Assembly (NCBI GenBank): GCA_964202905.1
Contig: CAXNJO010000003.1
Location: forward strand, 352,001-416,000
Length of the DNA stretch: 64,000 nucleotides
DNA from: Polyangiales bacterium
Lineage (GTDB): Bacteria > Myxococcota_A > Polyangia > Polyangiales > JADJQN01
Direction of reading: 5' to 3'
Below, piece by piece: positions 44,522 through 54,772 of the stretch. Under the pieces are notes generated by a model, which saw only the letters and a list, made by a program, of their open reading frames with translations, was not told the origin of the DNA and made no database searches. The position numbers and the translations under genes were made by a program. Positions within the stretch are counted from its first letter, which is position 1. The number at the start of each line of letters is the position of its first letter.

Positions 44522-44839
44522 ATGAGCCCGGACCTGCTGGGCGACGCCGCCGTCGACGAGGCACTCCGCGCGCTGCCGCTCTGGCGGCGCGTCGGGGAAC
44601 GCCTCGAGCGCGAGGTGGTGTGCCCGAGCTTCCGGGCGGCCGTGGCCCTCGTGAACCGGATCGCCGACGTCGCCGACGAGGACGACCACCATCCGGACCT
44701 CGCGCTGTCGTACACGCGCCTGCGCATCACGACGACGACGCACGACGCGGGCGGCCTGACGGGGCGCGATCTGCGGCTCGCGGCGCGGATCGACGCATGC
44801 GTCGCGGGCGTCGTCGCGCGCGCAGGGCACGATGGCTGA
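44522..44839 (+). CDS. phhB: Pterin-4-alpha-carbinolamine dehydratase
   Basis: DHHPDL...TTHDAGGLT..D. Confidence 0.9.
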   Translation: MSPDLLGDAAVDEALRALPLWRRVGERLEREVVCPSFRAAVALVNRIADVADEDDHHPDLALSYTRLRITTTTHDAGGLTGRDLRLAARIDACVAGVVARAGHDG

Positions 44840-45890
44840 CGCACCGCGCAGCACCCCGCCCCCGACGGGCACCTGGCAGGACCGGGTCGCCGTCGTCGTG
44901 AACGGCAACGCGAAGCGCGTCACCGACGAGCTGGTCGAGACGCTCGATCAGATCGTGCAGAGCGGCGACCTCTTCGTCTCGCGCTCGCTCGAAGAGGGAC
45001 GCGAGATCGCGCGTACCATCGCAGAGCGTGGTTATCCGACCGTCCTCACCGGAGGCGGTGACGGCACGTTCGTGCAGGTCGTGACGTGGGTCACGCAGTC
45101 GTGCGACGCGCTCGGGAGGCGCTGGCCGCGCTTCGGTTTTCTGAGGCTCGGCACCGGCAACGCGATCGCGTGGGTGCTCGGCGCGCAGGACGACAAGGGC
45201 AAGGGCGTCGTCGCCGACCTCGGGCGATTGCGGCGCACGGGTGGCTCGCGGCGGCTGCGGCTGCTCGACGTCGAGGGGACGCTGACGCCGTTCGCGGGGC
45301 TCGGCATCGACTCCATCGCGCTCGACCACTACGCGCAGACGCGCGACCTCTTCGCGCGCACGCCGGTGCTGCGGCGCTTCGCGGGGGGCGGTGCGACGTA
45401 CATCACCTCCGTGGTCACGCGCTCGCTGCCGGAGTTCCTCTTCCGCCCGCACCCGCGCGTCCGCATCGTGAACGAGGGCGAGGACGCCCTCGTGATGGGC
45501 CGCGACGGGCGGCCGATCGGCCCCGCGATCCCGCGCGGCGGCGTGCTCTACGACGGCCCCTCGCGCCTCGTCGCATTCGCCACGATCCCCTACTGGGGAT
45601 TCGGCGCGCGCATCTTCCCTTACGCGGACGAGCGCGAAGACCGCTTCTCCCTGCGCGTGATCGACATCACGAGCGCGCAGGTCGCGCTGCACATCCGGCG
45701 CATCTGGGACGGCACGTACCGCAGCGACACGATCCACGACTTCCTCTGCGAGCGGATCTCGGTGCACTTCGAGGAGCCGATGCCGCTGCAGATCGGCGGC
45801 GATCTGTGCGGCGCGCGCCGCGTCGTGCACGTCGCGCTCTCGGCGCGCCCGATCGACGTCGTCGACCACTACGCGCCGCCCGCGGTGTAG
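44832..45890 (+). CDS. Diacylglycerol kinase family protein
   Basis: VVVNGNA, GGGDGT, LGTGNA, GLGID, YWGFG, QIGGD. Confidence 0.85.
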   Translation: MADAPRSTPPPTGTWQDRVAVVVNGNAKRVTDELVETLDQIVQSGDLFVSRSLEEGREIARTIAERGYPTVLTGGGDGTFVQVVTWVTQSCDALGRRWPRFGFLRLGTGNAIAWVLGAQDDKGKGVVADLGRLRRTGGSRRLRLLDVEGTLTPFAGLGIDSIALDHYAQTRDLFARTPVLRRFAGGGATYITSVVTRSLPEFLFRPHPRVRIVNEGEDALVMGRDGRPIGPAIPRGGVLYDGPSRLVAFATIPYWGFGARIFPYADEREDRFSLRVIDITSAQVALHIRRIWDGTYRSDTIHDFLCERISVHFEEPMPLQIGGDLCGARRVVHVALSARPIDVVDHYAPPAV

Positions 45891-45917
45891 CGGCCGTCGG
45901 CGCGACCGACGGCGACG

Positions 45918-46790
45918 TCAGGGCGCGAACGCGACGTCGACCGCGTGCGGGATGACGCCCGCCGCGTGTCCGCGCGCGAGCAGATCGACGATCGCGCGGC
46001 GGCCGAGCGTGCCGTAGTCGAGCGTGTCCGCGTTGGCGTACATCGCGAGGTAGCGGTCGACGAGCGCCGGGTCGCGCGGGACGCCCTCGCGCGTCTCGCC
46101 CGCGACCAGCCACGCGATGACCTCGTCGCGGTGCGCGAGCGCGCAGGCGATGCTCTCGCGCAGCACGTCCGAGACGAGGGCGATCGTCTCGGCGCCGAGG
46201 TCGCGGCGGATCACGTTCCCGCCGAGCGGGAGCGGCAGCCCCGTGAGCCCCTGCCAGGCCTCACCGAGATCGAGCGCGCGGTGCAGCCCCTCGCGCTCGT
46301 AGAGCAGGCGCCCCTCGTGGATGAGGAGCGCAGCCTCGACCTCGCCGCCGCGCACCGCGTCGAAAGCCTTGCGAAATGGGGAGATCGGCACGATCACGGG
46401 CGTGAAGGCGTCGCCGAGCAGCAGACGCAACGCGAGATACGCCGTGGTGCGCAGCCCCGGCACGCCGAGCCGCGCGTGCGCGAGCGCGTCGAGGTCGCGC
46501 GGGGTCGCCGAGACGAGCACGGGGCCGTAGCCGACGCCCACCGAGCCGCCGTGCGGCAGCAGCAGCCAGCGGTCGGCGAGGTACGCGTACTGGTGGATCG
46601 AGACCGCGGAGACGTCCGGCGCGTCCGGGTCTTCGGCGGCGCGGTTGAGCGACTCGGTGTCCGCGCGGACGTGCGTGAAGCGCAGGCCGCGCGTGTCGAT
46701 GCGCCCCTCGCGGATCGCCCAGAACATGAACGCGTCGTCGGCGTCGGGGCTGTACGCGAGGCGGATCGTGCGGGGCGCGGCGTCGGGCAC
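45918..46790 (-). CDS. mqnD: 1,4-dihydroxy-6-naphthoate synthase (MqnA/MqnD family)
   Basis: YSPDADDAFMF, GYGP, PGLRTTA, LIHEG, TGLPLPLG, MYAN. TACGTT 6 nt before GTG. Confidence 0.85.
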   Translation of the reverse strand: MPDAAPRTIRLAYSPDADDAFMFWAIREGRIDTRGLRFTHVRADTESLNRAAEDPDAPDVSAVSIHQYAYLADRWLLLPHGGSVGVGYGPVLVSATPRDLDALAHARLGVPGLRTTAYLALRLLLGDAFTPVIVPISPFRKAFDAVRGGEVEAALLIHEGRLLYEREGLHRALDLGEAWQGLTGLPLPLGGNVIRRDLGAETIALVSDVLRESIACALAHRDEVIAWLVAGETREGVPRDPALVDRYLAMYANADTLDYGTLGRRAIVDLLARGHAAGVIPHAVDVAFAP

Positions 46791-46843
46791 GGGGCGAACG
46801 TAGGCGGCGCGGCCGAGCGCGGCAACGCGGCGACGCGGCGCGC

Positions 46844-47546
46844 TCAGAAACGGAGGTCCCGCGCCGAGCCCCAGCGAGAGGAAACCCGCGCCGTTGCGGG
46901 TGTCGGACGACGCCTCGCCGTTGAAGGCGATCGGCGAGCCGGTGAGCGCCAACTCGAGGGGGACGTCCCAGCGCCCGAACCGGAAATGCAGGCCGATCAG
47001 CAGGCCGAGGCCCGTCATCGCGATGGCGTTCTGGCCGTCGGTGTCGACGATCGCCGCGCCGAGGCGGGGACCGAACACGAGCTGGTGCGGGCCGAGGTCG
47101 AACCCGGTGAGCCACGCCACCGCGAGGTTGGGGCACCAGTAGCCCGCGCCGCCGAGGCGGATCTCGTGGTAGCCGACCGACGTGACGAGCGCGCCGTTCC
47201 AACGGCCGACGTCGAGCGCCTGCCACTTGAGGTCGAACGCAGCACCCCACGACCAGAAGCCCGGTACGCCCGTGAGGTGCGCGCGCCCCCCGAGCTCGAG
47301 GTGCGGCGCGATCCCACGGTGATAGCTGCCCACGAGCCGCGCGTAGGGCAGCTGCAGCGGATCGCCGCTGGAGATGCGCGGCGAGATCAGGGTGGCGTCG
47401 GCCATGAGCGCCACGCGCGAGGTGTTCGGCGCGAGCACGTCCGCGCGGCCGAGGCCGATCTGCGGGGCGCAGCCCGCGGCGAGCGTCGCGAGCACCACGA
47501 GCCCCGCGAGCGCGGCGCGCGGCGTCGTTCGGGTTCGGGCGCTCAC
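46844..47546 (-). CDS. Hypothetical beta-barrel-like lipoprotein (reads through into mqnD because of a probable extra base near 46848)
   Basis: Lipobox AAGC and amphipathic beta strands. Removing one T gives ...TTC TGA, a terminal Phe. Confidence 0.55.
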
Positions 47547-48886
47547 TCGAGCGCCACGAAGCTCAGGAAGGCCGCGCACATGTCCTGGTTCGCGTCGCCC
47601 CACCCGATGTCGCGCGGCGTCGTGCCGGGCACGGGCTGATTGGCGGCCGTGTTGTCGAAGTGACACTCGACGTAGAGCTCGTCGTCCGGCTCGAGCACGA
47701 CGGGCGCCTCGAACCAGAACGGCTGCTCCCACCCGAAGTCCCAGCGCCCGATCTCGGTGAGGCACTCGACCTCGCCGCCCGCGCGGATCACGCGCAGGGC
47801 GAAGCGCGTGCCGAACTGGTGCATGTGCGGCGACGCGCTCACGAGCTGCACGCGCCGCCCACCCGTGAGCACCGTCGGCCGGGAGCGAAACCAGTAGACC
47901 GCGTCCGGGTCGCCGGCCTCGACGACCATCGCGCCCGAGACCAGCCACAGCGGATTGAGGAACGCCATCGTCTCGAGCGGGCGGGCCTCAGGGTCGAGGC
48001 GCAGCGCGACGCGCGTGAGGTCGGGCTCGGGCGGCGGGCCGAACTCCGGCACCGCGTAGTGGATGTTGAGCACGATCTTCGACCCCGGCGCGACCTCGCG
48101 ACCGACGCCATCGGGGAAGTCCGAGCCGAGGAGACTGCCGCCGAGGAGGTGATAACCGCCGAGGCTGCCGAACGCCCCGGCGCAATCGAAACCGGGCCCC
48201 GGATCGGCGCGGTCCGCGGCCTCGTAGCGCGGGACGGCCGCAGGCTCGACGGCGGCGACGATGAGGTGGTGCACGATCCCGCGGTTGCTCGGCATCGGAT
48301 CGAAACCGGTGACGAACGCGCGCTCGTCGCGTGGCCAGTCGAGCAGAAAGCAGCGGACGTCGTCGGTCTGCCCGGGCGGAGGCGCGGGCGTGTAGGCCTC
48401 GGGCATCTCGAGCACGAGGTCGGTGCGCGAGAGCCCACCCTCCGGCGGCACCGGCGCAGGCGTCATCGGCGGCCCCTCGGGCGAGCCCGCGGCGATCCAC
48501 GCGACGACCAGCGCGATCTCCGCGTCGGTCAGCGACGGGTCGAAGCGATACGGGCGGCAGCAATCGTCCGCGAGAAAGGGCGGCATCGTGTGGCGGACGA
48601 CCGCGTCGCGTACCTCGTCGAGCTGCGTCCGCACGTCGGCGTACGTCGTGAGCGGGAAGGGCGCGAGGCCGTCGGTGACGTGGCAGCGCGCGCATTTCCG
48701 CGCGAGGAGCGGCGCGACGTGCTCGGTGTACGTCGGCTCGGCGACGGGAGACGCGACGTCCGGCGGCGGCGCGAGGCTGCACCACGGCGCGTCGAGGGGG
48801 CCCTCCTCGCAGGCCGTCACGGCGACGAGCCCCGCGACCGCGAGGGACGCCCCGAGCACGCGCGCGCCGAACATCCTCCGCCTCAT
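47543..48886 (-). CDS. Copper type II ascorbate-dependent monooxygenase-like lipoprotein with CxxCH
   Basis: Lipobox VTAC; CARCH...MPP; VHH, PHMH, DMC copper ligands. Confidence 0.8.
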   Translation of the reverse strand: MRRRMFGARVLGASLAVAGLVAVTACEEGPLDAPWCSLAPPPDVASPVAEPTYTEHVAPLLARKCARCHVTDGLAPFPLTTYADVRTQLDEVRDAVVRHTMPPFLADDCCRPYRFDPSLTDAEIALVVAWIAAGSPEGPPMTPAPVPPEGGLSRTDLVLEMPEAYTPAPPPGQTDDVRCFLLDWPRDERAFVTGFDPMPSNRGIVHHLIVAAVEPAAVPRYEAADRADPGPGFDCAGAFGSLGGYHLLGGSLLGSDFPDGVGREVAPGSKIVLNIHYAVPEFGPPPEPDLTRVALRLDPEARPLETMAFLNPLWLVSGAMVVEAGDPDAVYWFRSRPTVLTGGRRVQLVSASPHMHQFGTRFALRVIRAGGEVECLTEIGRWDFGWEQPFWFEAPVVLEPDDELYVECHFDNTAANQPVPGTTPRDIGWGDANQDMCAAFLSFVALE

Positions 48887-49053
48887 CGCCCCCCTGCCCG
48901 TCGAGGTGGGGACCACAGTCGCGTCCGCACATCAACGCGCCGCCCCACACCCCGAGGCGCGGCGCGCACGCACGCTTGCGCGTTGACCGGGGAACGGGGC
49001 GCCGCGTACGATGCCGCCCCGTCGACGAAGTCGCCACCAACCAAGGGTTTTCG

Positions 49054-49818
49054 ATGATCGACCCGTTTCACCGGTCGCGCCCGCGGGGCGCGTCGCGATC
49101 CGTCATCCCCTCCGCCCTCGTCGTCGCCGGCGCCGTCGCGGCGATCGGCGCCGCGGCGCTGCCCTCCCCGGCCGCGCTCGCGGGTGATGTGAAGGGCCTG
49201 CTGCGCGCGCCCGAGGGCTACGTCCCGACGCCCGGCGCCGACGAGCGCAAACCCTTCTACTGGGAGGAGTGGAACGGCTTCCTCGACCCGCGGCCACGCC
49301 GGGTCGACATGCGCCGCGACGTCGCCGTCGTGCTGCTCGGGCCGCCGCAGGTCGGCGCGGAGAGCCACGCCGCGGTCACGCTCACCGGCGGCTCGCTCTC
49401 CCCGGCGACCATCGTCGTGCGCCCGGACACGATCGTCCGCATCGAGAACCGCGACGATTTCGCGCACGAGCTCTTCGCGGTGGGGCTGGACGGCTTCTCG
49501 GCGGAGGCGACCTCCTCCGGTCAGGCGCGCACCGTGCGCGTCACACAGCCCGGGAACTGGCTGATCCGCGACCGGCAGGTGGCGCACGTGCGCGGGCACC
49601 TGCACGTCATCGCGGACCTCAGCGCCGTCGCGACGGTAGAGGCGAGCGGCGAGTACAAGTTCACGAACGTCGCGCCCGGTCAGTACACGGTGAAGGTGCT
49701 GCACGGCCCGAACGAAGTCGCGAGCGCGACGGCGCAGGTCGTCGACACGCGCGAACTGGTGATCGATCCCCTCGTGCTTACTGCACCCGCACGCGCCGCC
49801 GCGACCGCACCGCGCTGA
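49054..49818 (+). CDS. Exported protein with cupredoxin-like and carboxypeptidase-regulatory-like domains
   Basis: Signal peptide; LSPATIVV...NRDDFAHELF; GEYKFTNVAPGQYTVKV. Confidence 0.6.
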   Translation: MIDPFHRSRPRGASRSVIPSALVVAGAVAAIGAAALPSPAALAGDVKGLLRAPEGYVPTPGADERKPFYWEEWNGFLDPRPRRVDMRRDVAVVLLGPPQVGAESHAAVTLTGGSLSPATIVVRPDTIVRIENRDDFAHELFAVGLDGFSAEATSSGQARTVRVTQPGNWLIRDRQVAHVRGHLHVIADLSAVATVEASGEYKFTNVAPGQYTVKVLHGPNEVASATAQVVDTRELVIDPLVLTAPARAAATAPR

Positions 49819-49833
49819 AGGGACAACGGACGC

Positions 49834-51664
49834 ATGGTGCTCTCTCGCTTCTGGGTCTTCGCGCTCTCGATCGTCGCCGCGGCCGCCGTCGCCGCGGCTC
49901 TCCTCGCGCAGGGCATGGTCAACCGGCAATCGCTCGCCGACCTCGAGGACGGCCTGCGCCGCGATCGGCTCGAGGTCGAGCAGACGCTCAAGCTCGACGC
50001 GCGCGCGCGCCTCGACGCGATCGCGCCGCTCGCCGCGCACCCCGACGTCCGCAGCGCGCTCAAGTCCGCGACGGACCGGCGCAGCGACGACGAACTGCGC
50101 GCGCTCAACACCTCGCTCAAGCCGCGCTTGCAGGAGCTCAACCGTCAGCTCCTCGGCATGAGCGCCGACCTGCTCTTCGCGGTCGACGCGGGCGGCGTCG
50201 TGGTCGCGCAGCTCGGGCCGAGCGAGGCGCGTTTCGGCGCGGGGATCGGGACGTTCCCGCTCGTCGACCGCGCGCTCGCGGGCTTCGTGCGAGACGACAT
50301 CTGGGTGTACGACGGCGCGGTGTACCGCATGGCCGCGCGCCCGGTGATCGACGCGGGCGGCTACGTCGGCGCGCTCGTGCACGGCAAGAAGCTCGACGAG
50401 GGCCTCGCGACGCTGCTCTCGCGGCGCGTCGGCGGCGCGACGGTGGGCTTCTTCCGCAGGGACGCGATGGTCGGCTGTTTCACACCGCTCGACGTCGCGG
50501 GTGCCCCGACGCAGGCCGAGGTCGGCGCGCTGCTCGCGACCGCGCTCACGAACTCCGAGCTCGCGGTCGGCAACGTGACGCCGCCCGTCGACGTCGCGGG
50601 CCGTGGCCGCGCCGTGTTCTCGCTCGTGACGGGCAGCGCCGCCGACGCACAGGTCGGCTACGTCATCGCACGTCCGCTGACGCTGCTCGCGTCGCCGATG
50701 GCGCTGTTCGACCAGGCGACGACCGAGGACTTCGCCCGGCTCCCGAAGGGGCCGCTCGGCGGCGCCGCGTTCGCGCTCTTCGTGCTCGGCATGACGTTCT
50801 TCTGGCTCGAGAAGGACCGCCCCTTCGGCCGGCTCCGGAAGCGCGCGCAGGAGCTCGGGGCGCGCAAGATCGAGCGGCTCCCGGTCGCGGACTTCGGGGG
50901 TGGCTACCGCCGCATCGCCGAGGACGTGAACGCCGCCATCGACAAGGCGATCGAGCACGCGAGCGAGCACGCCCCGCGCAAGAAGGCGAACCTCGACGAG
51001 CTGCTCGGTCCGATGTCGGGTGCGCAGGCGCCCGCGTTCTTCGGGTTCGCAGGGGGCGCGCAGGACGCGGACATCCCCGCCGCGCCGCCCCCGGCCCGGC
51101 CTGCACCCGGCGCCGCGCCCGCGCGCCGCGCAGGCCCCGCTGTCCCGCCGCGCCCCGCCGGCCCCGCCGCCGCGCCCCCGCCCCCCGGTGCGTGCGCCGC
51201 GGTCACCCGTCGCGCCGCCCGCGCCGCCGACGGCCGCTGCGCCCGCGGCCGCCGCGCGGCCCGCGCCACCCGAGCCCACCGCGCCGCCGCAGGGCAGCCC
51301 TTACATGACCGTCGCACCGCCCGCGGCGAGCGCCTTCGACGACGACGGTCCAGAAGAGGGCGCGACGATGGTCGCGCGCATCCCGGAATCGCTGCTCAGC
51401 GCGTCGGCGACGGGCCAACTCTGGGCGATCACGCAGGGCGCGGCCGAGGACGAGCTCCACTTCCGGCAGGTCTTCGAGGAGTTTGTCGCGACCAAGCAGC
51501 AATGCGGCGAGCCCACGGCGGGCTTCACGTACGAGAAGTTCGTGCAGACGCTCCGCAAGAACCGCGAGCAGATCGTCGCGCGACACGGCGCAAAGGGCGT
51601 GCGGTTCACCGTGTACATGAAGGACGGCAAGGCCGCCCTGAAGGCCGCACCCGTCAAGGAGTGA
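49834..51664 (+). CDS. MXAN_5187-family membrane protein (apparent frameshift in Pro-rich linker near 51180)
   Basis: TM, Cache-like periplasmic domain, TM/HAMP-like; C-terminal FRQVFEEFVATK...YEKF...VRFTVYMKDGKAALKA lies in ORF 51020..51664. Confidence 0.7.
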
Positions 51665-51840
51665 GGCCTTCCCCCGTCGAGGCGTGACGCGCGCTGCGCG
51701 TCGGCGGTCACGCGGCCGTGAGCCCGTCCACGTCGCGGGGGCGCGGGTCGTGTCACCGCGCTGGCGCCCCGATTTTCCAGTCTCGACAGGGTGTGGCGAA
51801 TCGCGCAACCTCGCGCCTCCAACTCCGGGAGTATGAGACC

Positions 51841-52539
51841 ATGCGTAAGATTTCCTTCCTGTGCGCGCTCGCCGCGCTGACCTTCGTCACGGCCGCCTGT
51901 GGCGACGACGACGACACCCCGCCGCCCATGCCGATGGTCGACCTCGGTCCCGCGGACGCTGGCCCGGCCGACCTCGGCCGCGACATGAACGTGCCGCCCC
52001 CCGTCGACATGGGCGCCGTCGACGTGTGCGCGGCCGCGGACGCCGAGGAGGCGCTCGCGACCTTCGACTGCAACGGCGATCCCGTTGGCCCCGGCGCCGC
52101 GGACGCGCTCTTCGGTAGCTGCACGCCCGATGCCGATCCGGAGATGAATCGCGCCGGCTCGTGCACCGGCGCGGGCAGCGTCTGCTTCGGAGAGCCAGGC
52201 GAGGCGTTCTGCATGACGCCGTGTGAGGGCGCGACGGACGGCCTCTACGCCCAGACCGGTGACTGTGCCGCGGGCTCGCGCTGCATCACGGCCTTCTCGG
52301 AGGACGGCGCGACGGGCCTCTGTGCGCCGAGCTGCGCGAGCGACGCGGACTGCGCCTCGGGCTACTGCGACCCGACGGACGGCTCCTGCTACTTGAACCC
52401 GGATCCGCCTCTCGTCCCCGACGCCGGCACGCCGGACGCCGGCACCATGGACACCGACGCGGGCACGATGGACGTCGACGCGGGCATGGGCGACAGCGAC
52501 GCGGGTGCGGCCGGCGCCGACGCGGGCCCGCCCTCCTGA
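51841..52539 (+). CDS. Cys-rich lipoprotein with DAG-repeat tail
   Basis: GGGAG SD-like element; lipobox TAAC-GDDD; C..D.DC..G.C motifs. Confidence 0.75.
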   Translation: MRKISFLCALAALTFVTAACGDDDDTPPPMPMVDLGPADAGPADLGRDMNVPPPVDMGAVDVCAAADAEEALATFDCNGDPVGPGAADALFGSCTPDADPEMNRAGSCTGAGSVCFGEPGEAFCMTPCEGATDGLYAQTGDCAAGSRCITAFSEDGATGLCAPSCASDADCASGYCDPTDGSCYLNPDPPLVPDAGTPDAGTMDTDAGTMDVDAGMGDSDAGAAGADAGPPS

Positions 52540-52596
52540 TCCGCGACGAGGTCGGGCATCGCATCCGCGAAGTCCGGCCTCCTCGTTCTCGACGAG

Positions 52597-52629
52597 ACGC
52601 CGCGGGGGGCCTCCCTCCGCGGCGTTTTC
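52597..52629 (+). terminator. Intrinsic terminator
   Basis: ACGCCGCGG...CCGCGGCGT hairpin followed by TTT. Confidence 0.65.
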
Positions 52630-52680
52630 GCGTGGGGCGCCCGGGGGCGGCAGCCCCGCACAGCCGACGCGATGCGACCC

Positions 52681-52709
52681 TTGACCCCGCGCAAGCGGGT
52701 CCCCACGAT
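52681..52709 (+). promoter_or_regulatory. Candidate sigma70 promoter TTGACC-N17-CACGAT for the 6S-like RNA
   Basis: Correct spacing directly upstream of the structured RNA. Confidence 0.5.
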
Positions 52710-52715
52710 GGGACG

Positions 52716-52904
52716 GTCCCTCTGTCGGGAACCGAGCGGCGCAGTCACTGAATCTCTGACGCCTCGAACATCGGGAACGCATCTCCACCGTGGTGTGCCG
52801 GCCCGGCAACCTTCACCGGGTAGCCTGAAGCGGTGGATCCGCGTGCCCACCTGGTTGGACAGCCAGGGGTTCACCCTGCGCGAGACGGCCACGATGGTAC
52901 GGAC
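52716..52904 (+). ncRNA. ssrS: Probable 6S RNA
   Basis: About 190-nt rod with central bubble: GCGCAG/CTGCGC, TGAATCTCTG/CAGGGGTTCA, GGGAACGC/GCGTGCCC, CCACCG/CGGTGG; GGTGTGC, AGCCTGAAG and CCCACC motifs. Confidence 0.7.
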
Positions 52905-53099
52905 ACCCGGAGAGCCGGCTCGCGAGAGTCGGCTCTTCGACTTTCCGTCGATGGCCGCGACGCACGCCGTCGCGCGCGGGTGCGCATGCAGCGCGCCCTC
53001 ATCGGGCAGCGCAGCACGGCCTGCGACGCTCCGCATCGGCGGCGCACGCGCTCACGGCGCATCGCGAAAGCGCCCGAATCGACGGGGAAATCGGTGCGA

Positions 53100-53681
53100 T
53101 CAGGCGTTCTTCCCGCGGCCGACCCACGGCACGTCGGGGATGCCGGCGCGGCGGTTGGCGAGGCGGGCGAGGACGAAGAAGAAGTCGCTGAGGCGGTTCA
53201 CGTACTGCAGCAGAACCGGGCGCACGGACTCGAGCGCGTCGAGGGCGACGATGGCGCGCTCGGCGCGGCGGCACGCGGTGCGCGCGAGGTGCAGGTACGC
53301 GGCGGGCTGCGTGCCACCCGGGAGTACGAAGGCGCGCAGCGGCTCGAGCTCGCTCTCGGCGGCGTCGATGGCGCGCTCGATGCCCTCGACGTCGGCGTCG
53401 GCGACGAGCGGGATGCCGAGGTCGCGGTCGTACTCGGGCGAGGTCGCGAGCTCCGCGCCGACGTCGAAGAGGCGGCTCTGGATCTCGCGCAGGCGCGCGT
53501 CGACCGCCGCGTCGGGCGTGCCGTCCGCGGCGGGGAGCGGCGCGGTGCGGCAGAGCCCGAGCACGCTGTTGAGCTCGTCGAGCTCGCCGTAGGCCGCGAC
53601 ACGCGCGCACGCCTTCGAGACGGTGCCGCCGCCGAAGAGCCCCGTCTCGCCGCCATCACCCTGCTTCGTGTAGATCTTCAT
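53100..53681 (-). CDS. pduO: ATP:cob(I)alamin adenosyltransferase, PduO type
   Basis: MKIYTKQGDGGET, YGELDELNS, FVLPGG, RTACRRAER, NRLSD. Confidence 0.92.
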   Translation of the reverse strand: MKIYTKQGDGGETGLFGGGTVSKACARVAAYGELDELNSVLGLCRTAPLPAADGTPDAAVDARLREIQSRLFDVGAELATSPEYDRDLGIPLVADADVEGIERAIDAAESELEPLRAFVLPGGTQPAAYLHLARTACRRAERAIVALDALESVRPVLLQYVNRLSDFFFVLARLANRRAGIPDVPWVGRGKNA

Positions 53682-54664
53682 GGTCCTTGGCTCCCCTCGC
53701 GACGCGCGCCGAGCACGTCACCGCACGCGAGGGGACGCCCCGCGAGATAATCCGCCGCGCTCATGCGCCGCTTGCCCTCGGGCTGCACCTCGACGAGCGC
53801 CGCAGCGCCGGACCCGCACGCAACGACGAGCCCGCCCGCGCGGTCCGCGGAGAGCACCGTGCCCGGCACCGCGGCGGCGCCCTCACCCATCATCCCCGGC
53901 AGCGCGACGACGCGCGTCGCGTGGACCTTCAGCGACCCGCCCGCGGGCGTGCGGGTGAAGGCACCCGGCCAGGGCGACATGCCGCGCACGAGGTCGTGCA
54001 CCGCCTGCGCGCGCTGCGCCCAGTCGATCGCGCCGTGCGCCTTCTCGAGAATCGGCGCGAGCGTGTGCCGCACGTCGTCCTGCGGCACCGGCACGAGCGC
54101 GCCCGCGAGGTGGCGCGGCAGCGCCTCGCGCAACAGCTCCGCGCCGAGCGCGGCGAGACGCGGGGCGAGCTCGCCGGCCGTCTCGTCCGGGCCGATCGGC
54201 GTCGCGCGGCGCGCGAGCACGGGCCCGGTGTCGAGGCCCTCGTCCATCTGCATGAGGCAGACGCCCGTCTCCGCGTCGCCGCGCGCGATCGCCCACTGGA
54301 TGGGCGCGGCGCCCCGCCAGCGCGGGAGCAGCGAGGCGTGCACGTTCACGCAGCCGAGCCGCGGCGCCTCGAGCACCGCGCGCGGCAGGATGCGGCCGTA
54401 CGCGACGACCACCGCCACGTCCGCGTCGAGCGCGCGCAGCGACGCGGCGAACTCGGGCGTGCGCACCTTGACCGGCTGGATGACGGGCACGCCGAGCGCT
54501 TCCGCGCGCACCTTCACCGGGGGCGGCGCGAGCTCGAGGCCACGGCCACGCGGGCGGTCGGGCTGCGTCACCACCGTGACGACGTCCATGATCGCGGCGA
54601 GCGCGTCGAGGCAGGGCACCGCGAAGTCGGGCGTGCCGAAGAAGAGGGCGCGCGGACGGGTCAC
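53678..54664 (-). CDS. fmt: Methionyl-tRNA formyltransferase
   Basis: FFGTPDFA, TQPDRP, VVAYG, NVHASLLPRWRGAAP, MDEGLDTG. Confidence 0.95.
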   Translation of the reverse strand: MTRPRALFFGTPDFAVPCLDALAAIMDVVTVVTQPDRPRGRGLELAPPPVKVRAEALGVPVIQPVKVRTPEFAASLRALDADVAVVVAYGRILPRAVLEAPRLGCVNVHASLLPRWRGAAPIQWAIARGDAETGVCLMQMDEGLDTGPVLARRATPIGPDETAGELAPRLAALGAELLREALPRHLAGALVPVPQDDVRHTLAPILEKAHGAIDWAQRAQAVHDLVRGMSPWPGAFTRTPAGGSLKVHATRVVALPGMMGEGAAAVPGTVLSADRAGGLVVACGSGAAALVEVQPEGKRRMSAADYLAGRPLACGDVLGARREGSQGP

Positions 54665-54724
54665 GCGCGCCGTTGTAGCAGCGGGCCTCCCCGCAGCCAC
54701 CGCCGCCACCCGGTCGCGGCTCTA

Positions 54725-54753
54725 TTGACCGATGTTCAACGCGGGGCTACATC
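54725..54753 (+). promoter_or_regulatory. Candidate sigma70 promoter TTGACC-N17-TACATC
   Basis: Upstream of GGAGG SD and ATG 54773. Confidence 0.45.
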
Positions 54754-54772
54754 ACGCCGCATGGAGGCGACG

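Noticed and set aside
45918..47948. Apparent lipoprotein-MqnD fusion
   Set aside because: One extra T near 46848 explains the read-through, and mqnD has its own TACGTT box and GTG start.
52672..53592. ORFs across the 52.6-53.1 kb intergenic region
   Set aside because: No coding signature; the region is better explained by a terminator, a promoter and a structured RNA.
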